A stretch of DNA of 64,000 nt from Escherichia coli (lineage in GTDB: Bacteria > Pseudomonadota > Gammaproteobacteria > Enterobacterales > Enterobacteriaceae): the NCBI RefSeq assembly GCF_024298765.1, contig NZ_CP101211.1; one strand, 5' to 3'. The notes below the pieces were generated by a model. The model was given only the letters and a program-made list of their open reading frames with translations. It was not told the DNA's origin and did no database searches. The first letter of the stretch is position 1, and every line of letters starts with the position of its first letter. The translations under genes and the position numbers were made by a program. Of the stretch, positions 39,579-50,189 are shown one piece after another.

Positions 39579-39744
39579 ACATAGGATCACTAAACAAAGA
39601 AAAGTGACCCTATGAATACCTCACATAGGGTCACTTATGTTTGAAAAGTGACCCTATGTAATGTCGTCATAGGGTCACTTTTTATAAAAGTGTCACTATG
39701 GACAAAGTTCCATAGGGTCATTTTTTTTGGAAAAGTGGCACTAG
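39579..39744 (+). repeat. Array of about 8 copies of CATAGGGTCACT / AGTGACCCTATG in inverted pairs (candidate oriT or operator)
   Basis: Pairs at 39603-39635 and 39647-39679 (9-bp spacers), degenerate pair at 39689-39722, extra half-sites at 39579-39590 and about 39733-39744. Confidence 0.7.
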
Positions 39745-39813
39745 ATATATGTATAACTTTAATAGAGCAATGCACATTATCAAAAGCAATAATCCACAAT
39801 GGTCATTCCCTCA

Positions 39814-39825
39814 AAAGTAACTTTA
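39814..39825. repeat. Backbone palindrome copy (12 of 13)
   Basis: AAAAGTAACTTT about 190 bp upstream of the relaxase operon. Confidence 0.7.
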
Positions 39826-40010
39826 GAGGGTAGCGATGGAAGTGAGGCTAAACTCGCTGTTACTGTTTCTGAAGGCCCCTCCCGAATGGGGGAAACAGCG
39901 AGTGCATTACATCTGTTCAATTCCCTCATCAAAGAGCATTCAAAAATCTTCTGTTCGTGAAAAAAAACGGAAATTTCCTCCGGTATAGTAATTTCACATC
40001 AGGAGGCGTC

Positions 40011-40496
40011 ATGAGTAATTCGAATCTTATAAGTTCTATAGAGCTAACACGTAAAAATTTACGTGCTCAGATTGAAGGTTTGCGTGTTGAGGCTGAAGAT
40101 CTCATTACAAAATACTGGATCAAGTGGAAGGAACGAAACCACCAAGAGATTAACCTTACCCGACATAGCAAAGTTCCAAAGAGGGAGTATCTGGGTTCTT
40201 ACGCACCAAAAGTTGAGCTAATTGGTAATGCCAGAAAAGTAACGATCACTTGGCATCAGTTCAGCCCTTATAAAACAAGAGCGCCTAGTCACATGTCAAA
40301 ACGGGTGCAACCAATGAAAAGTGGAAAATATTCTAAGAACTGTTTTGTAAACCATGCCAGCTGGGAATACGAAATGATTTCTGAAACGGAAGCATTGCTG
40401 GAGCCTTACAGAGAAATGCTTGAGCTCTATCATTCAGCATATATCGAACTTGGACGAAAAATCCGTCAATACTCAAAAACTAAGGTGGCACAATGA
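40011..40496 (+). CDS. Hypothetical protein, first gene of the relaxase operon (possible relaxosome accessory factor)
   Basis: AGGAGG ribosome-binding site before the ATG at 40011; the supplied ORF starts earlier at 39957. Confidence 0.45.
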   Translation: MSNSNLISSIELTRKNLRAQIEGLRVEAEDLITKYWIKWKERNHQEINLTRHSKVPKREYLGSYAPKVELIGNARKVTITWHQFSPYKTRAPSHMSKRVQPMKSGKYSKNCFVNHASWEYEMISETEALLEPYREMLELYHSAYIELGRKIRQYSKTKVAQ

Positions 40497-41230
40497 CCGA
40501 CGCAATTATCACGGACAATGAGCGTATTAACATTGAACCAAAAGATGTAATGGTAAAAGGTTCAAATAAAAAGCAAGGCGTAAACGCTCAAACTTCTACT
40601 CAACGTAGACCAGAGCACCAGGGTATGGCCAAAGTTATTATTAACCCCGGCACCCCAGATTTTAACCGGTTTTTAACTGCCAGAAATGGAGCAGTCATCA
40701 GAGGTTTTGATGATGTGAGTATCGCTATTTCCTCTCTCTTTAAAACGGTTGATGCAGTTAAACATCCTGACCTTGTTCAGGCTATTCAGGATTGGTTCAA
40801 CGAGCTGCATGAAGAAAACAATAAGATGAAAGAAAATCTTGTTGCTTATATTAAGTCAATTGAGTTCGACAAGAATGACTCATTCATGTCATCAACTCAG
40901 TTTGTACCTTTCAGTTTTGAACCAGTACAACTCAACTTCAATAACCACAACACCATGAGGTTTTACAAGTACATCTTCGAGATGAACCAGCTCATGAACA
41001 CAATGTATGAGTACAACTCATTGGGTTTACTGGCTGTAAGCGACTATCCGGTTATGTCTCACAACATTATAAAGAGTATTAATTTATATGTTGAGAATGT
41101 GAAAAAGACTCTGAATGTTTCTCGCCGTAAGGATGGGCCATACAGTCCAGCAGAGTTCATCACCAAAGTAATGCAATATAAAAGTGTGCAGGCATACATT
41201 GCAGCCGAACTGTCAGGCAAACGTCGATAA
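40493..41230 (+). CDS. Hypothetical protein (possible relaxosome component)
   Basis: 245-aa ORF translationally coupled to neighbours. Confidence 0.45.
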   Translation: MTDAIITDNERINIEPKDVMVKGSNKKQGVNAQTSTQRRPEHQGMAKVIINPGTPDFNRFLTARNGAVIRGFDDVSIAISSLFKTVDAVKHPDLVQAIQDWFNELHEENNKMKENLVAYIKSIEFDKNDSFMSSTQFVPFSFEPVQLNFNNHNTMRFYKYIFEMNQLMNTMYEYNSLGLLAVSDYPVMSHNIIKSINLYVENVKKTLNVSRRKDGPYSPAEFITKVMQYKSVQAYIAAELSGKRR

Positions 41231-41233
41231 GGT

Positions 41234-44200
41234 ATGATGATGAATTTCAGGGCGCTGTATTTATGTATTAAACGGATTTTGGGGATATTCTCATCTCAGG
41301 AGAATGATGCAACCTCTGTAATGATTGAGGATATATCAAGCCTCTCTCCTTTTGCGCAGATTCTAGGAGATCAGAAGTACACTGTTCCTGATCATCCAAA
41401 TCCAGAAGTCCTGAAATTCATCGAGTATCCAACTCGTCCGACGGGCATACAGACATTTAATGAACAGTCAATCCTGTCTCTGTATCGGGAAAAGCTGCAC
41501 TCAATTTCAATGATGTTAGCTATCAGCGATAGCGACATCAGGGACGATGCATATACATTTACTAATTTAGTATTAAAGCCCTTGGTTGAATATGTTCGCT
41601 GGATACATCTTTTGCCAGCTTCCGAAAATCATCATCATAATGGTATTGGTGGGTTACTTTCTCACAGCCTGGAAGTGGCCATACTCTCTTTAAAAAATGC
41701 GCATCACTCAGAACTGAGACCAATCGGATATCAAGATGAAGAAGTAGTCCGTAGAAAAGTATATCTCTATGCTGCGTTTATCTGTGGTTTAGTCCATGAT
41801 GCCGGAAAGGTTTACGATCTCGATATTGTAAGCCTGAATTTAGCTAGTCCGATCATTTGGACGCCAAGCTCACAAAGTCTTCTTGACTGGGCACGTGAAA
41901 ATGACGTGGTTGAATACGAAATCCACTGGCGAAAGCGTATTCATAATCAACATAATATCTGGTCCAGCGTTTTCCTTGAGCGAATCCTAAACCCGGTATG
42001 TCTTGCATTTTTGGATCGGGTAAATAAAGAACGTGTTTATTCAAAAATGATCACCGCCCTAAACGTTTATACTGATGGGAATGACTTTTTGTCTAAATGC
42101 GTGAGGACCGCTGATTTCTATTCTACTGGTACAGACCTTAATGTTTTACGTGACCCTATCATGGGTCTGCGTTCTAATGATGCAGCAGCAAGGGCCATTA
42201 GTACCATCAAGCACAACTTTACCAGTATCAATATCAACAATTACAATGCTAAGCCTATGCACATCATTATCGTAAATGGTGAGGTATACCTTAACGAGAA
42301 CGCATTCCTTGATTTTGTTCTCAATGATTTCGAATTACATAAATATAACTTCCCTCAGGGAGAGGCTGGTAAGATGGTATTGGTAGAATCCCTAGTTCAA
42401 CGTGGTTACGTCGAGCCCTATGATGATGAGCGTGTCGTTCACTACTTCATTCCGGGTATCTATTCGGAAAACGAAATATCAAACATCTTTAGAAATGGGA
42501 TAGGGAAACTAGAATTCTATAACCTTCTTAAGCTAAGGTGGATTGGTTTAATCTTTGATTCCTATAAAATCCCTGACTCAGTGCCGGGTCTTTTTAGCGT
42601 TAATGCCAATAAAGACTTTATTTACATTGACGAGCAAAAAACAGTTACTGAATACAGAAGACCAGTGCCCGGTCGGGACGCTATAACTAAAATTACTGAT
42701 ACTGTTGAGACGGCTGTTCTTAAGGTTAATGATTTAGGCCGCTCCACTGCCTCTATTGATGTTGATATACATTCTAAGAAAAATGAAGGCTCATCCGACG
42801 ATTTTGAGAAGAAAGCCGAAAGTGATAATGAAATTGATAATGACACGCAGATAGTTAAATCTGAGGGTGAGGAAGCAGCTGATCCTGTCATTCCTGATAT
42901 AGAAGAAAGTGAAGATGAATCGGCAAAGGACACGGAATCCCATGTCCTGGTCAACCAACTTCATGAACTCCTTTTAAGCGCTCCACTTTCCAATGACTAT
43001 ATAGTGTGTGTAGATGCTGTCCCCTACCTCAACATAGATGCCACTATGGCATTGCTGCCGGGATTAGATGAAAAAGCATTTAGTGAAGAGCCCTATTTCC
43101 AACTGACATTCAGAGAAGGCTCTCTCGATGGAATGTGGATAGTAAGGGACATTGACGATCTGCGTTTAGTCCAGCTCGGCGATAACTGCGCCGGGTTCCA
43201 GCTCACCTATCATGAGCCAAGAAGGCCAACAACTTTAAAGTCACTTTTCAATACTTCTATGTATCAGGCATTAGTGATTAATGATGAGTCTTCTGTTGAA
43301 AACTCTGCCCCACGTCCAAAGCAAACGCTTGAGCTGCCTCCCCCACGTGTAAATGCAGTCGAAGAACATTCTGGCGACGTGGAATATCATGGAACCGATA
43401 GTGCATCCGCGACTGGTCCGCTGAAAACTGAGGCTGTGGAATATGAACATTATCAACATCTTTTTGAGGAAGAAGATGAAGAGCATGAGATCATTGATTA
43501 TACCGATTTCACACAGCTTAGTGTTTCTCGGCCAGAAGTCGGTAGTTGTGCAACAAGCTCTTCGGTCCATAATGAAAAGCTTCTCCCCGAGCCGTCAGAA
43601 TTACCAGAACTTAACCGAGAACAGAACGCTGATCCCCAGGGTACGATTGAACGCTCTATGGATGTTTCTGTAGGACAAGAAAACTCAGAACCAGATACTG
43701 AGGGTAACTGCCCACCACCAGCTGAAGTTGTGTATTCCCAGACCGAAGCAGCCGCAACCAGTGTGATGGCAAGTGAAGAGCCCGCCTTACCTCCTGTACT
43801 TGAAGAATCAAATGGAGAGCATGCGCCCACAGACGCTAAGGGGCATCATCTTTCGCCAGCACTGGCCAGACTGTTCGCCCCAACAGCACCGGTAGAAAAA
43901 CAAAATCCCAAGCGCAACCGGAATAAATCATCGGACAAAGCAGAAGTACAAAAACCAGCATCACCTGTTTCTGGTCACAATCTGAACAGTAAAGTCTTTG
44001 CAACTACTGAATCAGACCAAAATGGTGAATTCTCGCTTATAAGCGAAGGTGACGTTACAGAGCTTGAATTTGTAGAAATTGCGTCAGTACTGCATCAAAT
44101 TCTGTCCAAAATGGAGGTGGCGTTTAAAAGAAAGCGCAAAAACAGATTTATGGTAAGTACTCCTAATACTCTCTATCTGACCCAATCTTGCGTGGAAAAA

Positions 44201-44386
44201 TTTGGGTCGCAGTTAGAGGCTCAAGATCTTTTCAATAAGCTTCCTCAGTACCTCGTTAATTCTGGTGCTGTGATCAATACAAAATGCCATGCATTTAACA
44301 TGCCTACTTTGCTGGCCGCATCAGACCGGGCGAAAGTGGACATTGAACGAATTATCAATAACCTGAAAGAGGCTGGGAACCTATAA
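41234..44386 (+). CDS. traI: MOBH-family conjugative relaxase TraI (HD-hydrolase domain)
   Basis: HHHNGIGGLLSHSLEVA...VHDAGKV is the HD-domain signature of MOBH relaxases; 1050 aa with an acidic C-terminal region. Confidence 0.7.
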   Translation: MMMNFRALYLCIKRILGIFSSQENDATSVMIEDISSLSPFAQILGDQKYTVPDHPNPEVLKFIEYPTRPTGIQTFNEQSILSLYREKLHSISMMLAISDSDIRDDAYTFTNLVLKPLVEYVRWIHLLPASENHHHNGIGGLLSHSLEVAILSLKNAHHSELRPIGYQDEEVVRRKVYLYAAFICGLVHDAGKVYDLDIVSLNLASPIIWTPSSQSLLDWARENDVVEYEIHWRKRIHNQHNIWSSVFLERILNPVCLAFLDRVNKERVYSKMITALNVYTDGNDFLSKCVRTADFYSTGTDLNVLRDPIMGLRSNDAAARAISTIKHNFTSININNYNAKPMHIIIVNGEVYLNENAFLDFVLNDFELHKYNFPQGEAGKMVLVESLVQRGYVEPYDDERVVHYFIPGIYSENEISNIFRNGIGKLEFYNLLKLRWIGLIFDSYKIPDSVPGLFSVNANKDFIYIDEQKTVTEYRRPVPGRDAITKITDTVETAVLKVNDLGRSTASIDVDIHSKKNEGSSDDFEKKAESDNEIDNDTQIVKSEGEEAADPVIPDIEESEDESAKDTESHVLVNQLHELLLSAPLSNDYIVCVDAVPYLNIDATMALLPGLDEKAFSEEPYFQLTFREGSLDGMWIVRDIDDLRLVQLGDNCAGFQLTYHEPRRPTTLKSLFNTSMYQALVINDESSVENSAPRPKQTLELPPPRVNAVEEHSGDVEYHGTDSASATGPLKTEAVEYEHYQHLFEEEDEEHEIIDYTDFTQLSVSRPEVGSCATSSSVHNEKLLPEPSELPELNREQNADPQGTIERSMDVSVGQENSEPDTEGNCPPPAEVVYSQTEAAATSVMASEEPALPPVLEESNGEHAPTDAKGHHLSPALARLFAPTAPVEKQNPKRNRNKSSDKAEVQKPASPVSGHNLNSKVFATTESDQNGEFSLISEGDVTELEFVEIASVLHQILSKMEVAFKRKRKNRFMVSTPNTLYLTQSCVEKFGSQLEAQDLFNKLPQYLVNSGAVINTKCHAFNMPTLLAASDRAKVDIERIINNLKEAGNL

Positions 44387-46470
44387 TGTCAGATTCGAAG
44401 AGGACTAACCTCCATGCACAAGAGAATTTTTATCGGCCTATTCTTGAGTATCGTAGTGCCTCAATACTTTTGATTTGTTCGGTTTCTATGCTTTATATGG
44501 GACTTTCTTCAGACGGACTGGACATCGCCCCAATAGTTCTGTTCACCTCAATATTGCTTTTTTTGCTGTGCCTTTATCGTTGCAAAACAGCAGCGCCATT
44601 CTTGATGGCTCATTGGCGTGTATTCAAGCGACATTTCATGTTCGTTAGTCTTGATTCACTGCGTGTAATTAACAAAAGTAACTTTTTCTCCAATGAGCGA
44701 AAGTATCGTCAACTGGTTCAGGATTATCAAAATAAAAATAAGGATATACCCGAGCGAAAGTCCTATTTTTGTGATGGGTTTGAGTGGGGCCCGGAACATG
44801 CGGATCGGGCATATCAAATAGCTAACCTCTCCAGTGATAAACGTGAGATCGAGTTGCCATTCGTCTTCAACCCAATTAAGAGACATTTTGACGCAATGGC
44901 TCGTAAGATGGGCGGCAGCAATGCAATTTTTGCTGTGGAACGTAGGGAACCCATATTTGTAACTGAAGACAATTGGTTTGGTCATACTCTGATAACCGGA
45001 AACGTGGGTACCGGGAAAACGGTGCTACAGCGTTTACTAAGCATTAGCATGCTTCATCTTGGTCATGTTGTTGTTGTCATAGATCCAAAGAACGATGCAG
45101 AGTGGCGAGAATCTCTAATGGAAGAGGCTAAGACCCTCGGTCTTCCTTTCTATAAATTTCATCCTGGCCAGCCAGCATCTTCGGTCTGTATTGATGTCTG
45201 CAACACCTATACTAATGTTTCTGACCTAACATCTCGTCTTTTGAGCTTGGTGACAGTTCCCGGTGAGGTTAACCCATTCGTTCAGTATGCCAAAGCTCTC
45301 GTTTCCAATGTGATTTCCGGGCTTTCTTACATAGAGAAAAAGCCTTCTATTTATCTGATTCACAAGAACATGAAAAGCCACATGTCTATTGTGAATCTTA
45401 CAGTCAAGGTAATGGAGTCATGTTACGCGAGATATTATGGTTACGATGTCTGGACCGAAAAAGTTAAGTACGTCGCTAACGAAACCTTGCCGGTACGTTT
45501 CAAGCGTCTCGCTGAATGGTTTACGGCTCATTTCATGAATTACGAGGGGTCCGAACAAATAGACTGGTTAGATACTGTTTCCCAGCTTATTGATTACTCA
45601 ATGTCCGACCCAGAGCATATGGCTAAAATGACCGCAGGTATTATGCCTGTTTTCGATATGCTCATTGAAAAACCTTTAAATGAGCTTTTATCTCCTAACC
45701 CGAACTCAGTATCATCAAGAGAAATTGTAACAAGCGAAGGGATGTTCAGCACTGGCGGGGTGCTATACATTTCGCTTGATGGCCTTTCAAACCCCGATAC
45801 AGCAGCTGCTATTTCTCAATTAATAATGTCAGATCTGACCTCCTGTGCCGGTAGTCGCTACAACGCTCAGGATGGTGATATGTCAGCTAATTCCAGGATA
45901 AGTATTTTTGTTGATGAGGCACACTCAGCCATTAACAACCCTATGATTAACCTTCTGGCGCAGGGTCGTGCAGCGAAAATTGCACTGTTTATTTGCACCC
46001 AAACCATCTCCGACTTTATTGCTGCGGCAAGTGTTGAAACTGCCAATCGAATTACGGGGCTCTGCAACAATTATATAAGCTTGCGAGTCAACGATACTCC
46101 TACTCAGACGCTTGTTGTAGAGAACTTTGGTAAGAGTGCGATAAGCACAAATATGGTCACTTATACGACCGGTTCAGAAACATCTTTGCCGCATAATAAC
46201 TTCTCAGGTTCAATCTCAGAAAGAAAGCAGACAACTTTAGAAGAGAGTATTCCAAAGGATCTCTTGGGTCAGGTCCCTATGTTTCACATAGTTGCCAGGC
46301 TTCAAGATGGCAGGAAGGTTGTAGGCCAAATCCCTATTGCTGTTGCTGAGAAACAAATGAAGCCAAACACAACTCTGTCGGAAATGCTTTTCAAGAAGGC
46401 CGGAAAAGTTACTTTGCGTCAAAATCTCGATATCAAAAATCTTAATAAATTTCTAAGGAAGTTGCATTGA
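44386..46470 (+). CDS. traG: Type IV coupling protein (TraG of H-type plasmids; TraD/VirD4 family)
   Basis: N-terminal transmembrane helices and Walker A GNVGTGKT; 694 aa. Confidence 0.75.
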   Translation: MSDSKRTNLHAQENFYRPILEYRSASILLICSVSMLYMGLSSDGLDIAPIVLFTSILLFLLCLYRCKTAAPFLMAHWRVFKRHFMFVSLDSLRVINKSNFFSNERKYRQLVQDYQNKNKDIPERKSYFCDGFEWGPEHADRAYQIANLSSDKREIELPFVFNPIKRHFDAMARKMGGSNAIFAVERREPIFVTEDNWFGHTLITGNVGTGKTVLQRLLSISMLHLGHVVVVIDPKNDAEWRESLMEEAKTLGLPFYKFHPGQPASSVCIDVCNTYTNVSDLTSRLLSLVTVPGEVNPFVQYAKALVSNVISGLSYIEKKPSIYLIHKNMKSHMSIVNLTVKVMESCYARYYGYDVWTEKVKYVANETLPVRFKRLAEWFTAHFMNYEGSEQIDWLDTVSQLIDYSMSDPEHMAKMTAGIMPVFDMLIEKPLNELLSPNPNSVSSREIVTSEGMFSTGGVLYISLDGLSNPDTAAAISQLIMSDLTSCAGSRYNAQDGDMSANSRISIFVDEAHSAINNPMINLLAQGRAAKIALFICTQTISDFIAAASVETANRITGLCNNYISLRVNDTPTQTLVVENFGKSAISTNMVTYTTGSETSLPHNNFSGSISERKQTTLEESIPKDLLGQVPMFHIVARLQDGRKVVGQIPIAVAEKQMKPNTTLSEMLFKKAGKVTLRQNLDIKNLNKFLRKLH
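44675..44687. repeat. Backbone palindrome copy AAAAGTAACTTTT, inside the coupling-protein gene
   Basis: Exact copy in coding sequence. Confidence 0.75.
46405..46416. repeat. Backbone palindrome copy (12 of 13)
   Basis: AAAAGTTACTTT about 50 bp before the next gene start. Confidence 0.7.
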
Positions 46471-47579
46471 TGGATGAAAAAATTGTCCTGACGCGCCAGC
46501 AAATTTTAAGCTCTGCACTAAAAGTCAGCAAATGTCGCTCGCTCGTAAAAAGGCGCTTTCAGTCTTTGGGTTTAAAGTACGCAGATTCTCAGGAAGTTCG
46601 AGATCGGCTAACTAAGATAGAAAAAAACGCGTTTCATCATTTGGGAAAATTTTGTCAGAGCAACGATATCGATTCCCTATTCTCCATGGCAAATACCCTG
46701 TCTGAGCTTTTCCTTTTAAAGGGAGAGTTGATCACGACTGATCCCTTTGGGGACCGTGAAACCAGCTACTGGTCGGTACCACAAGGTTCATGCCATGAAT
46801 GGATTCAATCGCTGACCACCAGCGAAGGTCCTGAACGTAAATTCGTTAGTTTCCGTATTTCTTTCGATAACAATGACGAACGGTGTGATCTTGTAAAGAA
46901 GAATGCCCGTATGCTTGGTTGTTATCTTTTGCCTTATTTCGTCGATTTGACACGCACGGTGGGCGCATTCATTAATTTGCCAGGTAGTGTCTCTTTTAAA
47001 CAAGTACAGCGCATCAAACCCCAGATTCATCCAGAAACAACACATAGTCATATAGTTACTATTGAGGACTCTCCCTTTCTTTCTCGGTTAAAATTTAAAA
47101 TCATTACTGCCATAGATCGGCTTCCTGACCCTAATGGCCTTTATACAAACACCTTTAACAGCATTATTGACCGTGCACTGCTGACTCATCTCAAAACCGA
47201 ACAGGAAAAAATAGATAGTCCAAGAGTCTGCAAAAATGTGATTTCGGCTTTTGCCGACTCAACTCTTTCTCTGCCGGTGTTTAACATCGGCCTAAACGAG
47301 CAGTACAGATACTGGACGCCGTGGGGCATCAACTTTATAGAATTTTCCCGCCAGGCCGCAAAAGCAAGGACCGCTGTATTTGTTCCTGATGTGGGACAGA
47401 TCGAGTGGAAAAGCGCAGAGCATAAAGAACTGGCGGAGTTAAGCCTCATCGACCAAATCATACCTAAACAGTACCACTGGCTCCTGGGTATCCCGACGAT
47501 GTGGCGTAACAACTATTGCAATCACGATCAGAGGCTAGCTCTTTTTCGTGAATGGAGGGAAAGCAATGGCTGCGGATAA
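46467..47579 (+). CDS. Hypothetical protein
   Basis: 370-aa ORF overlapping the coupling-protein stop. Confidence 0.45.
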   Translation: MMDEKIVLTRQQILSSALKVSKCRSLVKRRFQSLGLKYADSQEVRDRLTKIEKNAFHHLGKFCQSNDIDSLFSMANTLSELFLLKGELITTDPFGDRETSYWSVPQGSCHEWIQSLTTSEGPERKFVSFRISFDNNDERCDLVKKNARMLGCYLLPYFVDLTRTVGAFINLPGSVSFKQVQRIKPQIHPETTHSHIVTIEDSPFLSRLKFKIITAIDRLPDPNGLYTNTFNSIIDRALLTHLKTEQEKIDSPRVCKNVISAFADSTLSLPVFNIGLNEQYRYWTPWGINFIEFSRQAAKARTAVFVPDVGQIEWKSAEHKELAELSLIDQIIPKQYHWLLGIPTMWRNNYCNHDQRLALFREWRESNGCG

Positions 47580-48228
47580 TACAAGCAGAGCAGCAGTGCT
47601 CAGAACAATGCTTTTTTTTGGCATGGTCATTTATTTTGGTTACAGCCTGGCTTTCCAGAATACTGAGGAGCTCAAATATCAGATTACTCAGGAGGTTAAT
47701 GCAAGCCGGTCCATCATATCAAATGACCGTTGGAAGTCTGTTATTGCAAATAGTGAAGCGACTTTAAATTGGTTGGTACATGACTATAAGTTAATTGACT
47801 ATCTGAATACTATTCTGATCCCTGACACCAAAAAACCAGCCAGAGGTATTAACATTGTTGCTGAAAAATTTACCTCTATTAATTACACTATGGCCAAAAA
47901 CATACCCCTCTTACTTTATCAGTCCATTTTCCGGTGGAACTTAATCCTGGGGTGGCTAATCGTTTTTCTGCCCTATCTATTTGCCATGCTAGCAGATGGA
48001 ATGTACCAGTGGAAATTGAAGAGGTACGTATTTGGTAAGGTTACAGTTCAGTTTTATCGTATTTGGTTTCGAGCATTTTGGGTGATCAGTGCTTTAACGA
48101 TGGTCTACCTGGTCATGCCGAATATGTCACTATTTAACAATATCGCTCAACTTTTCCCACCAGTCGCTTTATTGATACTGGGAATTGCATTGAATCGCTT
48201 GTGGTCTAACTTTCAAAAACTCATGTAA
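47548..48228 (+). CDS. Polytopic membrane protein (possible TraJ-like partner of the coupling protein)
   Basis: Several hydrophobic helices; 226 aa. Confidence 0.45.
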   Translation: MNGGKAMAADNTSRAAVLRTMLFFGMVIYFGYSLAFQNTEELKYQITQEVNASRSIISNDRWKSVIANSEATLNWLVHDYKLIDYLNTILIPDTKKPARGINIVAEKFTSINYTMAKNIPLLLYQSIFRWNLILGWLIVFLPYLFAMLADGMYQWKLKRYVFGKVTVQFYRIWFRAFWVISALTMVYLVMPNMSLFNNIAQLFPPVALLILGIALNRLWSNFQKLM

Positions 48229-48238
48229 AGGTGGTCAG

Positions 48239-49420
48239 ATGTTAAGCAGTAAAAAAAGGAAGTCCCCTACAAATATCAAAGAATCGCTCAATGATAACGC
48301 TGACCGTTTTTATAAGATGTTTCGCATTCATACCACGGCAAAAGTTGCTATGTCGCTAATTGCCATGACCGCTGTAGGGTTTTCTTTCTACAATCTTTAC
48401 GAACAATGGCAGGACGCTGAAGGGAAGAAAGACCATATAGCTGTAATACGGATTTCTGGCGAGATGGGTACCGGCTCGGAAACGGGCGATGGAACAGTGA
48501 TCGCAACAGCTCTTGCCAAAGCTTACAATAATCCCCATGCCAAAGCAGTTATTATCGAGGCAGAGTCAGGTGGTGGTGGTCCCTCTGACGCCATCATTAT
48601 TTACCGCCAGATAAACGCGCTTAAAAACCACCAGCCACAGATTGAACGCGTATCAGATGCCGGTTGCTCTCTTTCATCTGTAGCCGCTGACAAGAGTAAC
48701 AAAACCGGGAGCACAGAACGTGGCGATGAAGCACGGTCGAAGCAAAACTCCCTCGAAGTACTCTCCAGCGGTACCGGTCGTTTTTTCTCTGATATCGCAG
48801 ACTCATATAAACCAATCATCGTTAGTGTGAAAGGCATATGCGCATCCGCATGCTATTACGCGGTATCGCCCGCTGATGCAATTTATGCCGACAGTAATGC
48901 CCTGATCGGTTCTATCGGTGTGCGTATGGACCACTGGAATCTGTCAGAGATCATGAGCACAGTAGGCGTCAAGAATGAGCCCCTTACGGCCGGTGAGTTC
49001 AAAGATGCTCTTGACCCCTTCCACCCATTGTCCGATTCAACGAGGGAGTTCATGCAGAAGGAGATCCTGAACACGATGCATGAAAAATTTATAACTGATG
49101 TTGAACTTGGACGGGGTAAAAAGCTTCTCTCGCGTCATGATGCCGATGCTGTTTCTCTCTATTCAGGCCGTGTATGGCCAACACCTCAGGCAGTTAAGTA
49201 CGGCCTGGTGGATGGAGATCTTACGTCAGTAGAGATCCGTACACGTCTTTCAAAAATGTACTCCACTGACACGTTCAAAAACTACAATGAGCCTCATCGT
49301 AATCTCCGTTCTGCACTCGGCATGCTGATGAGCCTGTCTTCAAATATTGAGAGCCTTACCGGTACCACTACCCGCTTGGTAGAATCTGTTAATGCCACCA
49401 GCTACCCCTCTGTGAGGTAA
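48239..49420 (+). CDS. S49-family (SppA-like) serine peptidase
   Basis: HIAVIRISGEMGTGSE and GICASACYY in the positions of the SppA motifs; N-terminal membrane anchor. Confidence 0.6.
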   Translation: MLSSKKRKSPTNIKESLNDNADRFYKMFRIHTTAKVAMSLIAMTAVGFSFYNLYEQWQDAEGKKDHIAVIRISGEMGTGSETGDGTVIATALAKAYNNPHAKAVIIEAESGGGGPSDAIIIYRQINALKNHQPQIERVSDAGCSLSSVAADKSNKTGSTERGDEARSKQNSLEVLSSGTGRFFSDIADSYKPIIVSVKGICASACYYAVSPADAIYADSNALIGSIGVRMDHWNLSEIMSTVGVKNEPLTAGEFKDALDPFHPLSDSTREFMQKEILNTMHEKFITDVELGRGKKLLSRHDADAVSLYSGRVWPTPQAVKYGLVDGDLTSVEIRTRLSKMYSTDTFKNYNEPHRNLRSALGMLMSLSSNIESLTGTTTRLVESVNATSYPSVR

Positions 49421-49421
49421 C

Positions 49422-50153
49422 ATGGATGCTTTCAATCTGCTGTGGAGCATTACGGGGGTAGCTTTCATTATCCTTATTTTCGTCGTGTTGCTGTGTCTGT
49501 TGGGTTTTATGACCTCTGCCATAGCGGAACGGCGGACTGCAAAGGCAATTGAATCTGGGCTTCCTGAAGAAGCTCAGGGGCTACTTAGTGATCTCACCTT
49601 TCAGTTGTCGGCTCATAGCACTACTCAGGTTGATCACATTCTCGTAGCCCCACATGGTATATACGTCATAGAGCAGAAAAACTACGTAGGCAAGCTCTAC
49701 GGTACTCTGGAGGAAAGCCACTGGCGGAAATGGACTCAGTCCCGAACCCTCAAGTTGCAGAACCCGTTTAAGCAAAACCAGGGGCACATCAGGGCTATTC
49801 AGTCTGCTCTTAAGGCTAGAGAACTGGAATGTATCAATGTCGTCATCATAAACGGACGTTGTAAGTTTGATGGCATCAAGCCGGAATGGTTATGTATGGG
49901 GATGGACGATTTTATCCATAAAGTCAAACAACGACGAGGGCTACGGTTGTTCACACCGGAGTCTGTTCAGCACATCTGTTCGGTGTTGAAGTCAACAAGG
50001 AAGTCGCCAGGGCTCTATACGGACCTTACTCATATTCACAACATAACGACAAAGTACAAAGCCCCGATGAAATTCGAGCAACGAGTAACATACATTCTGC
50101 TCAACTTTATCCATTATCTGTGGGCAAGTCTGTTCACTAAGCAGAAGCCTTAG
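49422..50153 (+). CDS. NERD-domain protein (nuclease-related domain) with an N-terminal transmembrane helix
   Basis: DHILVAPHGIYVIEQKNYVGKLYG...W matches the NERD core; translationally coupled to the peptidase gene. Confidence 0.65.
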   Translation: MDAFNLLWSITGVAFIILIFVVLLCLLGFMTSAIAERRTAKAIESGLPEEAQGLLSDLTFQLSAHSTTQVDHILVAPHGIYVIEQKNYVGKLYGTLEESHWRKWTQSRTLKLQNPFKQNQGHIRAIQSALKARELECINVVIINGRCKFDGIKPEWLCMGMDDFIHKVKQRRGLRLFTPESVQHICSVLKSTRKSPGLYTDLTHIHNITTKYKAPMKFEQRVTYILLNFIHYLWASLFTKQKP

Positions 50154-50189
50154 CGCTCTATCATTGGTAAGGCTGTAAAATGTCTGCAA

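Noticed and set aside
39579-39744. Possibility that the 12-bp repeat array is a CRISPR array
   Set aside because: Repeats are only 12 bp, occur as inverted pairs with 9-bp spacers, and there are no cas genes; this fits protein-binding sites.
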